A DNA stretch of 64,000 nucleotides from Chlamydiota bacterium (GTDB taxonomy: Bacteria; Chlamydiota; Chlamydiia; Chlamydiales; Parachlamydiaceae): contig JABDDS010000002.1 in NCBI GenBank assembly GCA_013287465.1, positions 10,326 through 74,325 of the forward strand, written 5' to 3'. The translations under genes and the position numbers were made by a program. Under the pieces are notes generated by a model, which was given only the letters and a program-made list of their open reading frames with translations, did not search any database and was not told where the DNA came from. Positions 38,733 through 48,932 of this stretch are shown here, piece after piece (the first letter of the stretch is position 1; every line of letters begins with the position of its first letter).

Positions 38733-39623
38733 TTATTTTGGATCAAATGCATGATTGAGGATGTTGGCAAGACGGTAACCTGCTAATGCTAATCTTTCAA
38801 ACGCAATTAAGCGTCCCTTCTCAAGATATTCTTGCGAGGGTTCCGTATGGGGTTCTATGTCGCGATATGCCTCTATTCCAGCCTCAAAACTTTCTTGAGC
38901 CCATTCTTTAGCTGTGGATTCAAAAAATTGATCACAAAACTGTTCTTTAGGATATGCCATCGTAATTGTATTGGATAGATTCTCAATAAATTTTGCTGTG
39001 TTTTTATTGATTGGACGATTGTTTATACCTATGTTATCGACTAAAAGAATAGAGTCCCATAAGCCATGTAGATTTTTTTTAGTTAACTCCAGAGGTCCAC
39101 TAAGTTCAAATTTATTTCCCCCCTTATCTCCTTCAGGAAATTTTTCTGAATATAGTTGGATGCAATGCATGGGGCAGTGAATATCGGCAACGACATGAAG
39201 AAGCACTCTCAATACAAACGCCTTTTCCCAATTGCCAGCTTTGGGGTTAGAGAGTGTCTCAATTCCCTTTTGAATGGCGGCGACTCCATCATTTCCTCGA
39301 TATTTCAAAGATATTGCGGCTATTTCTTCTGATGAAAGAAAACCATCAGGAGAATAGGGACCTGCATATCCGTGCCAGGTTGTCACCATTCCCAGTCCTC
39401 TGTTTCGAATATCATCTAACCAACATGCCGCTTCAACAAATGTGGCACTATCGGGGCAATCAAATAGACCAATCAACTCGTTAACTTGTTTCCTAACATT
39501 CTCGTGCAGGTCTTTTTCTGCAATCTTTACCACAACCATATGTCCAGCATCCCACCAAGCAAAAAGAGATGTGTGCAATAGTATTAAACAAAAAACAATT
39601 TTAAATAATCCACGAAAATTCAT
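38733..39623 (-). CDS. S1/P1-type nuclease, secreted
   Basis: Start chosen at MNFRGLFKIVFCLILLHTSLFA (signal peptide; ATG 39623). Mature N-terminus WWDAGH, plus HVVADIHCPMHC, GGN and LHGLWDS, match the zinc-ligand blocks of the S1/P1 nuclease family. The ORF-track start 39776 adds 51 improbable residues. Confidence 0.75.
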   Translation of the reverse strand: MNFRGLFKIVFCLILLHTSLFAWWDAGHMVVVKIAEKDLHENVRKQVNELIGLFDCPDSATFVEAACWLDDIRNRGLGMVTTWHGYAGPYSPDGFLSSEEIAAISLKYRGNDGVAAIQKGIETLSNPKAGNWEKAFVLRVLLHVVADIHCPMHCIQLYSEKFPEGDKGGNKFELSGPLELTKKNLHGLWDSILLVDNIGINNRPINKNTAKFIENLSNTITMAYPKEQFCDQFFESTAKEWAQESFEAGIEAYRDIEPHTEPSQEYLEKGRLIAFERLALAGYRLANILNHAFDPK

Positions 39624-40022
39624 ATTTAGACCTATCACGAATAGTTGATATACTTTAAGCGGAAATTGTACCTTATAACCAAGTTTAATAGAAACAAAAA
39701 TATTTAGAAATTTAATATAATAGTCAATGATCCCGCAGCAGTTCCCGCTGAAGTATAAAAATAACAGGATAAGCAAGATAGGTAGGATGTTAAAGAAAGA
39801 ATTGTTAGTTTTTTATTGCCAACTTCACAAGAAACATGATAATTATTGTAAAAAAGTAGAGTCTAAGCCAAAATGCACCAGATAAAGAGAATACATTTTA
39901 TTTGCCAAATAATATATTTATTGTTCGTGTCCGTCTTTTTTTCTTCTCTTATTTCCGAAAGAAACGATTGGATTACAGGATCGGACGATTATTTAAAATC
40001 CACACATTAATAGGAGACACAT

Positions 40023-40517
40023 ATGCTAAATTTACGAGGAGCTTTACCTTCAGTCCCAAAAACATTTCATATCACCAGAGGGTTGCATTTCCCAAAACAG
40101 ACATCCCGTACAACAACTCCAAGGCATTTACTATCTTATTCCCTTCCTCCTCATTTAAAACAAGTTGAACAAGCACGTTCCATTTCGTTTTCGCCCGTCG
40201 AAAAAATCATTGAGAGTTTCAATGAATTACGTCTAAATCATGCTAAAGAAAAACTATGGAGACGTTTTGCTAGCTTAAATTCAACCTATGGATGCAACCT
40301 TCAACGAAACGAATTTGATCACGAAGTCAATCATATTCTTAGGAATGCTCCCATTTCAGGTGCACTCGCAGCTCTTTCATCCATAAATAAAATGCCCGAC
40401 GGTCAGCTATACTATCTTTTTTTTCGTCTCAATGATACCTCACCAGCAAAATTATTAGCCGGGCATTTACAAAGATCCTGTTACTATCCCTACGGTTGCG
40501 GTGGAGGCGGCCCATAA
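40023..40517 (+). CDS. hypothetical protein
   Basis: 164-aa ORF with aggaga SD 8 nt upstream of the ATG. No recognisable domain. Gly-rich end YPYGCGGGGP. Confidence 0.4.
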   Translation: MLNLRGALPSVPKTFHITRGLHFPKQTSRTTTPRHLLSYSLPPHLKQVEQARSISFSPVEKIIESFNELRLNHAKEKLWRRFASLNSTYGCNLQRNEFDHEVNHILRNAPISGALAALSSINKMPDGQLYYLFFRLNDTSPAKLLAGHLQRSCYYPYGCGGGGP

Positions 40518-40758
40518 TAGACCTCTTTCGAAACTGCAATCCCGTTCCTCTGCCTGTGCCTCTGCCCGCCCTTTCCCGATTAATTTTTCTGCTGAGCCAT
40601 TTTGACCAGAATCGATACTATTCGTACCATCAGTTCTCGACCCTTGACATATTTTCGCTCATCCAACAATTGTAACTTCTGGAAGTTTAATCGGGGAAGG
40701 GTGGGCAGAGGCACAGGCACAGGCAGAGGCACGGGATTACAGTTTCGAAAGAAGTCTA
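40518..40758. repeat. family D MITE-like element: about 65-72-bp terminal inverted repeats around an about 100-bp unique core
   Basis: Left arm tagacctctttcgaaactgcaatcccgttcctctgcctgtgcctctgcccgccctttcccgattaa. Right arm ttaatcggggaagggtgggcagaggcacaggcacaggcagaggcacgggattacagtttcgaaagaagtcta. It begins the nt after the stop at 40517 and ends the nt before the stop at 40759. Confidence 0.85.
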
Positions 40759-42495
40759 TTAAAAATGCAATTGCATCTTAAAAAAATTTGAATAGAAACC
40801 ATTCAATGCGATCAATTCCTCATGTGTGCCTTGTTCTTCAATTCCATTGTCTGTCAATACGACAATTCTTTGTGCATTTCTAACCGTTGATAAACGATGA
40901 GCGATCACGATGGTTGTACGATTATGGGTTAACTTTTCCAATGCATCCTGCACTGCTTTTTCACTTTCATTGTCAAGGGCACTCGTCGCTTCATCAAAGA
41001 TAATAATAGATGGATCTTTCAAAAATACACGCGCTATACTTAGCCTTTGCTTTTGTCCGCCCGATAATTTGACACCACGTTGTCCGATATCTGTGGCGTA
41101 TCCATTTGGTAGTGCCATGATGAAATCGTGGGCATTCGCCTTTGTCGCTGCTGCGATAATTTCCTCTTCACTAGCATTCAGTTTACCATAGCGAATATTG
41201 TCTGAAACAGTCCCAGCAAACAGATAGACATCCTGCTGGACAATGCCTATATTCCTCCTTAATGAACGCAAGCTAATGTCTCTAATATTCTTACTGTCGA
41301 GCAATATTTCCCCTTTATTGACTTCATAGAATCGGGGAATCAAAGAGCATAAAGTTGTTTTTCCAACTCCTGAAGCCCCTACTAAAGCGACATATTCCCC
41401 TGCTTGTATATTTAGAAAAACATTTTTCAACACATGGTCATAGCCTTCTTTATACCTAAAACTGACATTTTTAAATTCTATATTTCCTTGAACATGCGTG
41501 AGCTCGATTGCATTTGGTGCATCTTGTATATCAGGTTCTACTTCTAGTGCCTCCATAAACCGCTCAAAACCGGTAATACCCTCTTGATATAGTCTAATAA
41601 AGTTACCAAGCCTCTGTATGGGTTCAATTAAGATGCCGATATAAAGTAAAAATGTGAGTAAATCGACGACATCTAAAGAAGTTTTAACAATCCTCACAGC
41701 ACCAAAGATGACCACAGCAACAGTCATCAGTTGTGTGAGTGTGATCAAGCCATCATAAAAATAGGTCTCACTTTTATATCCTGCTTTTCTGCTATCGACA
41801 AAACGATCATTTTCATAAGCAAACTTCTTTTTTTCAATTTCTTCGTTAGTGAATGATTTCACTACTCTGATGCCTGCAAGAGTATCTTCGATCTGCGCGT
41901 TGATATCGCCAATTCTGTCTTTACTTTTTCTCAATGCACTTCTCATTTTACGACTAAAATAAAACCCATAGGCGCCCATAAGCGGCATAAAGAGAAGTAC
42001 AATCAGGGTGAGCTGAACATTGATATTCATTAAGATGATGCATGCACCTATAAAATTTAATGATGAGATGACGATATCTTCAGGACCGTGGTGATAGAGT
42101 TCAGAAAGATCAAATGAATCGTTTGAAATCCGAGTCATTAACTGACCTGTTCGTTGTTCGTCATAAAAGCTGAATGATAATTTTTGGTAATGATCAAATA
42201 GTTCGCTGCGCATATCAGCTTCCATACGAGCTCCCATCATATGCCCTTGATAGTCAATAAAGGCGTGACATGCTGTGTAAAGAGCTATCAGCGCTAGCAT
42301 CAACGCTCCCATCATGTAGATTTGGCTGAGAGATTCAGGATCATCGACTGCTAATAGATTTTTGGTGATGTATCTGATGCATAGAGGAAGCGCCAACGTG
42401 ATTGCCGATGCCGCACATGCACACCCCATGTCTGCATAAAAAAGCCCCAGATAGGGTTTGTAGTAGGAAAAAAATTTCTTAGTGCGTGCATTCAT
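40759..42495 (-). CDS. ABC transporter, fused permease/ATPase (exporter type, MsbA/MdlB-like)
   Basis: Six-helix TMD followed by an NBD with Walker A GASGVGKTT, signature LSGGQKQR and Walker B IIIFDEATSALD. ATG at 42495 (MNARTKKFF) is preferred because it avoids overlap with the upstream GNAT gene. Confidence 0.9.
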   Translation of the reverse strand: MNARTKKFFSYYKPYLGLFYADMGCACAASAITLALPLCIRYITKNLLAVDDPESLSQIYMMGALMLALIALYTACHAFIDYQGHMMGARMEADMRSELFDHYQKLSFSFYDEQRTGQLMTRISNDSFDLSELYHHGPEDIVISSLNFIGACIILMNINVQLTLIVLLFMPLMGAYGFYFSRKMRSALRKSKDRIGDINAQIEDTLAGIRVVKSFTNEEIEKKKFAYENDRFVDSRKAGYKSETYFYDGLITLTQLMTVAVVIFGAVRIVKTSLDVVDLLTFLLYIGILIEPIQRLGNFIRLYQEGITGFERFMEALEVEPDIQDAPNAIELTHVQGNIEFKNVSFRYKEGYDHVLKNVFLNIQAGEYVALVGASGVGKTTLCSLIPRFYEVNKGEILLDSKNIRDISLRSLRRNIGIVQQDVYLFAGTVSDNIRYGKLNASEEEIIAAATKANAHDFIMALPNGYATDIGQRGVKLSGGQKQRLSIARVFLKDPSIIIFDEATSALDNESEKAVQDALEKLTHNRTTIVIAHRLSTVRNAQRIVVLTDNGIEEQGTHEELIALNGFYSNFFKMQLHF

Positions 42496-42508
42496 AAAAT
42501 TATTTCCT

Positions 42509-42922
42509 CTACAAATCCTTGCGTAAGTAATGAAAAGAAGTTCCATGTTTATACCCTGAACGGGTCAATTCGAGCTGAAATCCCATTTTTTGATAAAATC
42601 CAAGCGCCTGAAAACTCATCGTTTCAACAAAAGCAAAAGAGCATTTATTTGCACGTCCATATTCAATGACTCGTTCCATCAAACGAGTGCCTAAACCGTT
42701 TCCTCTGTAGGCTGCATCAATAAAAACTGATTTTACATGCAAAGCACCCCAGAAAAGTTCTCCTACAAACATACCAACAACTCGTTGATTATCCGTAGCG
42801 ACGAAAGCAACAGGTTCAATCTTTTCATTATAGCCGATCATTTCAATAGCGTGATGGCCAAATCCTTCCTCTACCCAATTTTTCAAATCAGATGTTAATA
42901 TTTGTTCTTTGATTTCTAGCAC
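42509..42922 (-). CDS. GNAT family N-acetyltransferase
   Basis: 137 aa. Acetyl-CoA motif A YRGNGLGTRLMERVIEYGR. Confidence 0.8.
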   Translation of the reverse strand: MLEIKEQILTSDLKNWVEEGFGHHAIEMIGYNEKIEPVAFVATDNQRVVGMFVGELFWGALHVKSVFIDAAYRGNGLGTRLMERVIEYGRANKCSFAFVETMSFQALGFYQKMGFQLELTRSGYKHGTSFHYLRKDL

Positions 42923-42936
42923 AGATTAGCCTCCCA

Positions 42937-43833
42937 TTATAAAAGAACCAAATCAAATCGTAAATCTTTCATGTTTGCTTCAGTATGATTTTGTATATCT
43001 TCAACCAACTTAAAAAAAAGCTCAACGCCTATTCCTGAGAAAGATTCTATTTTCAAATGTGCACGAGATAAATCATGTTCTCTAGTTGCTAGATTTGGAA
43101 CTGCAATGGTAATGCATCCAGCATCAACTGCTGAAGTGACTCCTGTGATGCTATCTTCGATAGCCGCGCATTCGGAAGTTAAAACACCAAGCAGTCTGGC
43201 TGCCTCTTGATAAACATAGGGTTTTGGCTTATTGGTGCCTTCTTTATCCTGATAATGAGATAAATCGTCGTATCCAGAAACAATCACATCAAAATAATCT
43301 TCTATCCCAAAGGCTTTTAAGAAAAATAAAATATTTTCCTTGTTATTTCCTGAGGCTAATCCAATTTTTACCCCTAATTCTTCTTTCATACCTGCCAATT
43401 CATGTAAAAAAAGCAGTGTTGGTTCAATTGGTGGAAATCCCTGTGTTGTTCTTATGTGTCTACTATAGGCCTTAGAATCCTTTAGAAGTTCATTTTGGCA
43501 TTCTTTATTCAAAATTTCAGATCCCCACTTTGCTATAATACGATCAGCGGTTGGAAAACCTGCAATGTTATTTTGGTGTAAAAAATCCCAATATTCTTTT
43601 TCCGTTAGATCATACCCTTGCTTTTGAAATGCAGATATCCACGCTTCACATAAGATCCTTTCTGTATCAACTAAAGTCCCATCGCAATCAAAAATGATGG
43701 CTTTAATAGAATGAAGAGAGGCTTCGAGGCGAGACAAAGAGACGATAATCAATACGATGAATACACAAATATTTTTCACAACAACACCAACAGTTATTTT
43801 TTTGTAATCTTCGCAAGTGTCGCCGCAACCCAA
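42937..43833 (-). CDS. HAD-superfamily hydrolase (beta-phosphoglucomutase-like subfamily IA) with N-terminal hydrophobic leader
   Basis: Motif I IIFDCDGTLVDTE, plus later GLASGN and ...EDS..G blocks. The ATG at 43833 overlaps the upstream gene by 40 nt. An in-frame GTG at 43779 (V-KNICVFIVLIIVSLS) is an alternative start. Confidence 0.8.
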   Translation of the reverse strand: MGCGDTCEDYKKITVGVVVKNICVFIVLIIVSLSRLEASLHSIKAIIFDCDGTLVDTERILCEAWISAFQKQGYDLTEKEYWDFLHQNNIAGFPTADRIIAKWGSEILNKECQNELLKDSKAYSRHIRTTQGFPPIEPTLLFLHELAGMKEELGVKIGLASGNNKENILFFLKAFGIEDYFDVIVSGYDDLSHYQDKEGTNKPKPYVYQEAARLLGVLTSECAAIEDSITGVTSAVDAGCITIAVPNLATREHDLSRAHLKIESFSGIGVELFFKLVEDIQNHTEANMKDLRFDLVLL

Positions 43834-44708
43834 CTTGGGGATGGATCGCCTTCAAACAGATTGGAAACATCGACTAATTTCAAATCCACGATCTTGGGTT
43901 TTGCACCACTACCAACTAGATAATGCATCGTCACGCTAACATCAGTGGGATCTCCGATCGCATTCAAATGCATTCCGTGCTTATAAAATTCAGCATATTT
44001 ATTTTGCTGCAAAAGAGAATATCCTTGTTCAATCTGACTACGAGCAAATGATAACGCTTGTTCTGCTATAGGGATTGTCACATTTTTAGGAAGAGCATAG
44101 GCGATACCATGATGACAATAGTCTTCGGTGCCAACAATGACGGCATTTTTGGCAAGTTTCTGAAGATCTCGCATGCCAGGAAGTGCTTCTGGATCCCCAT
44201 TAACTAGGCTAGGGTAACGTTCAATTATCCGAGGAGCCTTGATTCCCCTGCGTTCAACTTCAGTTTTCAAAAGAGATTTAAAAAGATTTAATGAAAATTC
44301 ATTTCCAATGAGAGCATTGCCATTTTCTGTGCTCGGATCTAAAACTCCCCAGGAAGGTTCTTGCGAAATATCTTCACCATTAAATTCTTTGATACGAGCC
44401 TGTATTAAATGCGGAAAAGGATGAGCTGTTCCAAGCAAGATCACTTGATCCGCACCGCTATCTAAAATAGCATGAATGACCGCTCCTATCTGGTCTCCGC
44501 ATTTACTAAAAAAAGTATGGGGAAAAATTACGCCCCCACCACTGTTTAAAACTAGGGTCAATTCATTCGACCATTTTTTTCCTTGATCGAGAATGTCATA
44601 CAACTGATCGCCTAAAGATGTCAACTCATGATAATACTGATCTAAACCATCGGGTTTAGGTTTAGTGACCGATAATATTTTTATAAACGGATATTCAACA
44701 GCCTGCAT
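43794..44708 (-). CDS. hypothetical protein (weak resemblance to MEMO/LigB-type fold)
   Basis: 304 aa. IFPHTFFSKCGDQIGAVIHAIL...VILLGTAHP and EDYCHHGIAY loosely recall MEMO1-family blocks. Not verifiable here. Confidence 0.55.
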   Translation of the reverse strand: MQAVEYPFIKILSVTKPKPDGLDQYYHELTSLGDQLYDILDQGKKWSNELTLVLNSGGGVIFPHTFFSKCGDQIGAVIHAILDSGADQVILLGTAHPFPHLIQARIKEFNGEDISQEPSWGVLDPSTENGNALIGNEFSLNLFKSLLKTEVERRGIKAPRIIERYPSLVNGDPEALPGMRDLQKLAKNAVIVGTEDYCHHGIAYALPKNVTIPIAEQALSFARSQIEQGYSLLQQNKYAEFYKHGMHLNAIGDPTDVSVTMHYLVGSGAKPKIVDLKLVDVSNLFEGDPSPSWVAATLAKITKK

Positions 44709-44775
44709 GACACCTTACCTTACATTTTACATCACATTTGGCATGATTCAAAAACAATACCAAAACAGGTACCAA

Positions 44776-44872
44776 TTTCCTTCGTCCCCTCTCTGTGTTC
44801 CTCTGTGCCTCTGTGTTTCACCTTTTTTTAAAACACAGAGGCACAGAGGAGCACAGAGAGGAAACGGAGAAA
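44776..44872. repeat. ctctg-rich hairpin element (possibly related to family D arms)
   Basis: cctctctgtgttcctctgtgcctctgtgttt (left) pairs with aaacacagaggcacagaggagcacagagagg (right) around an 11-nt loop. Located in a divergent intergenic region. Confidence 0.8.
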
Positions 44873-45019
44873 AAGTGTAACCCTCATTTGAACCAAGCCC
44901 AAAATTTGGCATAAACGATTTACATTGTATACCCTCTTGATTTATGTTACACTCGAAAAGTATACAATTTGTGTCAAAATCTATTCAAAAGTCTTTCTAA
45001 AGGTCCGGAATATCGAATT

Positions 45020-45745
45020 ATGTCACTTACATCTGTAAATGCTAACCTTAAAATTCTATGCATTACACATTCCGATTTTGATTTAGGCCCTCACATTGCC
45101 TCATGGATAAAAAATCAGCAGCATACACTTACTTACTGTCGGCCTTTTCAAGGTCAATCATTTCCTTCTCTTGATGAATTTGATTGGTTAATTCTTACAG
45201 GAGGAACACAATGTTTATTAGAAAAAAAACAATATACTTTTCTTCTAGACGAAATTGATTTCGTCAAAAGAGCGATTGCCAGCAATAAAATAGTCTTGGG
45301 ATTCTGTCTTGGAGCTCAAATCATAGGGGAATCTTATGGTCAAGAAACAGAACTTAGTCCCTATCAAGAAGTTGGAGCTTTTCCGATCGAATTGACGCTC
45401 GCAGGTAAAAACGATCCTATTCTAAAAGACTTGCCTCAATCGTTAACCGTTGCTCACTGGCATAAGTATATGCCAGGAATCACCAAAACGGCAACCATTC
45501 TTGCTACAAGTGCAGGATGCCCTAGGCAAATTATCCGCTATTCTCCAAAAACTTATGGTTTTCAGTGTCACCCGGAGCTCTGTCTTCAAGATGTTGAAAA
45601 AGCTATTTCTTTGTTTTATGAGCAGCTTCCAGCGGGTCCATACATACAAGCAAAAGAAGAATTTCTAGGAAGCGATTTTTCTTCAATGAATCATATAGTT
45701 GTATTAATTTTAAACCGTCTAGCTCAGCTTAAAAATTCAAAGTAA
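45020..45745 (+). CDS. class I glutamine amidotransferase-like protein
   Basis: Nucleophile elbow GFCLGAQIIG and the CHPE His-Glu pair. ATG at 45020 is preferred over the TTG at 44969 used in the ORF track. Confidence 0.75.
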   Translation: MSLTSVNANLKILCITHSDFDLGPHIASWIKNQQHTLTYCRPFQGQSFPSLDEFDWLILTGGTQCLLEKKQYTFLLDEIDFVKRAIASNKIVLGFCLGAQIIGESYGQETELSPYQEVGAFPIELTLAGKNDPILKDLPQSLTVAHWHKYMPGITKTATILATSAGCPRQIIRYSPKTYGFQCHPELCLQDVEKAISLFYEQLPAGPYIQAKEEFLGSDFSSMNHIVVLILNRLAQLKNSK

Positions 45746-46846
45746 TAGGCAACTAGATCCTGCTGGAGGAGCCAGGGAAATTGCTAAGGATGCCTCGTAG
45801 ACTTTTCTAGCCCTATCAGATCTAGTTTCATTTTGTATGAAAAGTGGTTTTGCAGCCAAAAATGCCTTTTCATACCTTCCACGTTCTATCTGTGCAAGCA
45901 AGCGATAAGAGTCGCAATACTCTTCACACGAATCCCCGGTTTGACGACGAAGAGACTTAACATGATCTATAACACTCACATGATTGTCTTCCCCGGTAAA
46001 AAATGAAGTTAATTCAATAACCTTTAAGTATTGGGGTAAAGAGTCAATTCTACGAACATTTTTTAATATTAAATTAGCATAGTCGCTAATTTTCATTGGA
46101 TTAGATGAACAGAGAGAACCTGCCACAAAACCCTTTATCATCTCTTCTGTATGACTCCAATTCCATTCAAAAAAATTACAGTTAGGTCTCTCTTTAAAAA
46201 AACGAAAGCATTCGACCATGATATCAGCAGACCTTAAAACCAATTCTTTTTGTTTATCCGACAAACTCGAAATCATTTGTATAATGCCTACACAACTCTC
46301 ATTTTTATTTAAATTAGCTTCGACAAAAATACGAATCATAAAAATGAGTGCAGCTGGACTTTCAATAGGCTTAAGAAAAGGCTCAACTTGTTGCATAAAA
46401 TCACAGCGAACTTTCGCTGGAACTTTCTCAAAGTGAGATAAAATCCCACAGGCAAACCTCGAAATATTATCAGGAGATAGCCCAGACCATAGCGAATTAG
46501 CTAACCGAGCGATTCGACTTTGTTGAGACAATAGAATTCCATAAAATAATTTGGATCTACAACGTACCGACTTAAAATCTTTATAATCAAAATATTCCCA
46601 AGGAAAAGACGCCTCTAAACCAGCTCCCAAACCTGATAAAAGATCTGAACGTGGAATCGCCCATATTTTTCTCACAGCCCCATTTTTAACATCATGGATT
46701 AATACGTTCACGGCCCGATTCTGAGCTTGAAATGGGACTAATTGACTCAACAACGCCCCTTCTTGAATTTCTTCTGAGCTCTTAAAGTCATAAACTTCTA
46801 ATGTTAAAGCCATTTTATTAGATACATCCATCTTTTCCACCTCCAA
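45737..46846 (-). CDS. hypothetical protein (all-helical orphan)
   Basis: 369-aa ORF with no recognised motif. Its 3' end overlaps the convergent amidotransferase gene by 9 nt. Confidence 0.6.
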   Translation of the reverse strand: MEVEKMDVSNKMALTLEVYDFKSSEEIQEGALLSQLVPFQAQNRAVNVLIHDVKNGAVRKIWAIPRSDLLSGLGAGLEASFPWEYFDYKDFKSVRCRSKLFYGILLSQQSRIARLANSLWSGLSPDNISRFACGILSHFEKVPAKVRCDFMQQVEPFLKPIESPAALIFMIRIFVEANLNKNESCVGIIQMISSLSDKQKELVLRSADIMVECFRFFKERPNCNFFEWNWSHTEEMIKGFVAGSLCSSNPMKISDYANLILKNVRRIDSLPQYLKVIELTSFFTGEDNHVSVIDHVKSLRRQTGDSCEEYCDSYRLLAQIERGRYEKAFLAAKPLFIQNETRSDRARKVYEASLAISLAPPAGSSCLLL

Positions 46847-46911
46847 TCGTTCTTATACTAGACCTTAACAAAACATTTCAATAAATCATTCTCAAAAGTT
46901 AGCCTTTTTTA

Positions 46912-46939
46912 TTTACAAAAGGGACCAAAATATCATAAT
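46912..46939 (+). promoter_or_regulatory. candidate promoter giving a (near-)leaderless transcript of the EEP gene
   Basis: TTTACA (46912-46917)-16 nt-CATAAT (46934-46939). The ATG at 46948 is only 8 nt downstream of the -10 and has no SD. Confidence 0.25.
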
Positions 46940-46947
46940 ATTTAGCC

Positions 46948-47706
46948 ATGAAACTCATCACGCTTAATATTTGGGGAGGACACGTACGAGAACCTCTGCT
47001 ACAATTTATTGCCAAACATCAAAACATCGATATTTTTTGCCTTCAGGAAGTCTATCACAAGGCCCAAAACAAATTCGCTACTGACGATAAAACTGTTAGC
47101 CTTAACATTTTTTCCGAATTAAGCGATCTACTTCCTAATCATCAACCATTCTTTAGACCTGTCATTGGAAATATGCAAGGAAATGCCTACGGAATTGGAA
47201 TGTTTGTCAAAAAAGGAATCAAGGTCGCACAAGAGGGAGAGGTCACCATCCATCATAACCCAGACTACCCTACTGATGCTCCAAATGGACATGGTCCTAC
47301 CCATTCCAGAAAGTTGCAGTGGATTCAATGCGAGATCGAAAACCAACCATACACAATCATGAATGTCCATGGCCTATGGAATGGAATGGGCAAAACAGAT
47401 ACGCCAGAACGGATTGCTCAATCTCAAAAAATACGAGACTTCATGGATAGTCTCCATACACCAAAAATACTATGTGGTGACTTCAATTTAAGACCAGAAA
47501 CTAAAAGCTTAGAAATACTCAAGAAAGGAATGAAGGACATGGTCGAAATCTATCAAATTCCTTCGACACGCTCCAGTCACTACCCCAAACGAAAAGAACA
47601 GCCATTTGCAGACTACATTCTAACATGTCCCAAAATTGATATAAAACAGTTTAAAGTGCTCACAGATGAGGTATCCGACCACTCTCCATTATTATTAGAG
47701 TTTTAA
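46948..47706 (+). CDS. endonuclease/exonuclease/phosphatase (EEP) family protein
   Basis: 252 aa. LITLNIWGG, DIFCLQEV, GDFNLRPET and C-terminal SDHSPL blocks. Confidence 0.85.
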   Translation: MKLITLNIWGGHVREPLLQFIAKHQNIDIFCLQEVYHKAQNKFATDDKTVSLNIFSELSDLLPNHQPFFRPVIGNMQGNAYGIGMFVKKGIKVAQEGEVTIHHNPDYPTDAPNGHGPTHSRKLQWIQCEIENQPYTIMNVHGLWNGMGKTDTPERIAQSQKIRDFMDSLHTPKILCGDFNLRPETKSLEILKKGMKDMVEIYQIPSTRSSHYPKRKEQPFADYILTCPKIDIKQFKVLTDEVSDHSPLLLEF

Positions 47707-47722
47707 AACAACTAGGAATGCT

Positions 47723-48769
47723 ATGTCTCAAAAAAAAATCTGCCTAGCTGGAGAAAACTGGACCCCAGCTCATCCATTAATCATGCAAGCTATCGTTGAA
47801 GCCAATGAGGGATATGCTCCTTCCTATGGGGGTGACCCCTGGACAGAAGAGGCACAACAGCTTATCCAAAAAGCCTTTAAGACCCAATGCAAGGTCTTCA
47901 TAGTCCCCAATGGAACAGGAGCAAATATTTTTGGATTGAGGCTTGCTTGTCGTAGACATGAATCAATTATTTGCACCGATATCGCCCACATACAATACCA
48001 AGAGACTGGAGCTGCTGAGGCGTTAGTTGGTTGCAAACTGCTGACAGTCCCACATCAAGAAGGAAAGATCACGCCTGAAGCGATACTAAAAAAACTAAAA
48101 AAAGAGCGTATATTTGGGAAACATTCCACTTCTCCTCGAGTTTTATCAATTAGCCAACCAACTGAAGTAGGTACTGTCTATAGCCTTGAGGAACTCAAAT
48201 CCCTATCCAAATTATGCCGAGAAGAAAACCTTCTTTTTCATATAGATGGAAGTCGTTTGTATAATGCCGTAGAGGCTCTAAAGACCTCTTTGCAAGAAAT
48301 TGTCAGTGTATCCAAGTTAGACTTACTATCTCTTGGTGGAACAAAAAATGGATTAATGGGAGTAGAAGCCCTTCTCATTTTTAATCCAAATTTGGAGGCA
48401 GGAAGCGACCATCTGCAAAAACAAACCCTTTTACTGCAATCTAAAATGCGCTATCTCTCTGTCCAATATATTCCATTCTTTAAAGATGAGTTATGGAAAA
48501 CTCTTGCGGTGCATGCAAATAAAAAAGGACAAGAAATAGCTTCTATCATCGCTTCAATCCCGAATCTTACTTTGAATTATCCGATCGAAACAAATCAGAT
48601 TTTTTTCAGTGCACCGGCCTCCTGGATCCCATTAATTCAGGAAAAAATCTTCTGTCATGTGTGGGATCAAGATAAAAATGAGATTCGATTTATCGCATCT
48701 TGGAATACATCAGAACAAGAGATCAAAGAAGTGCAGCTCATCTTAGCTGAAATATCTCGTCATCTTTGA
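47723..48769 (+). CDS. threonine aldolase / beta-eliminating lyase family PLP enzyme
   Basis: 348 aa. NGTGANIFGLR, HIDGSRL and the LSLGGTKNG PLP-lysine block. Confidence 0.65.
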   Translation: MSQKKICLAGENWTPAHPLIMQAIVEANEGYAPSYGGDPWTEEAQQLIQKAFKTQCKVFIVPNGTGANIFGLRLACRRHESIICTDIAHIQYQETGAAEALVGCKLLTVPHQEGKITPEAILKKLKKERIFGKHSTSPRVLSISQPTEVGTVYSLEELKSLSKLCREENLLFHIDGSRLYNAVEALKTSLQEIVSVSKLDLLSLGGTKNGLMGVEALLIFNPNLEAGSDHLQKQTLLLQSKMRYLSVQYIPFFKDELWKTLAVHANKKGQEIASIIASIPNLTLNYPIETNQIFFSAPASWIPLIQEKIFCHVWDQDKNEIRFIASWNTSEQEIKEVQLILAEISRHL

Positions 48770-48932
48770 TTTTAACCACAATGCTGATGAAATGCAGCTT
48801 ATCGCAGATCTCAATTCGGGAAAGCGATTTTGCTCTCCGAGTGAACTTCCTCCCACAAAGACTAATCCTTATTTTTCAGCTTGCATGTTAATTTTATTTA
48901 TTTAAAAATAAAATTACATATAAGGAGGTTCT

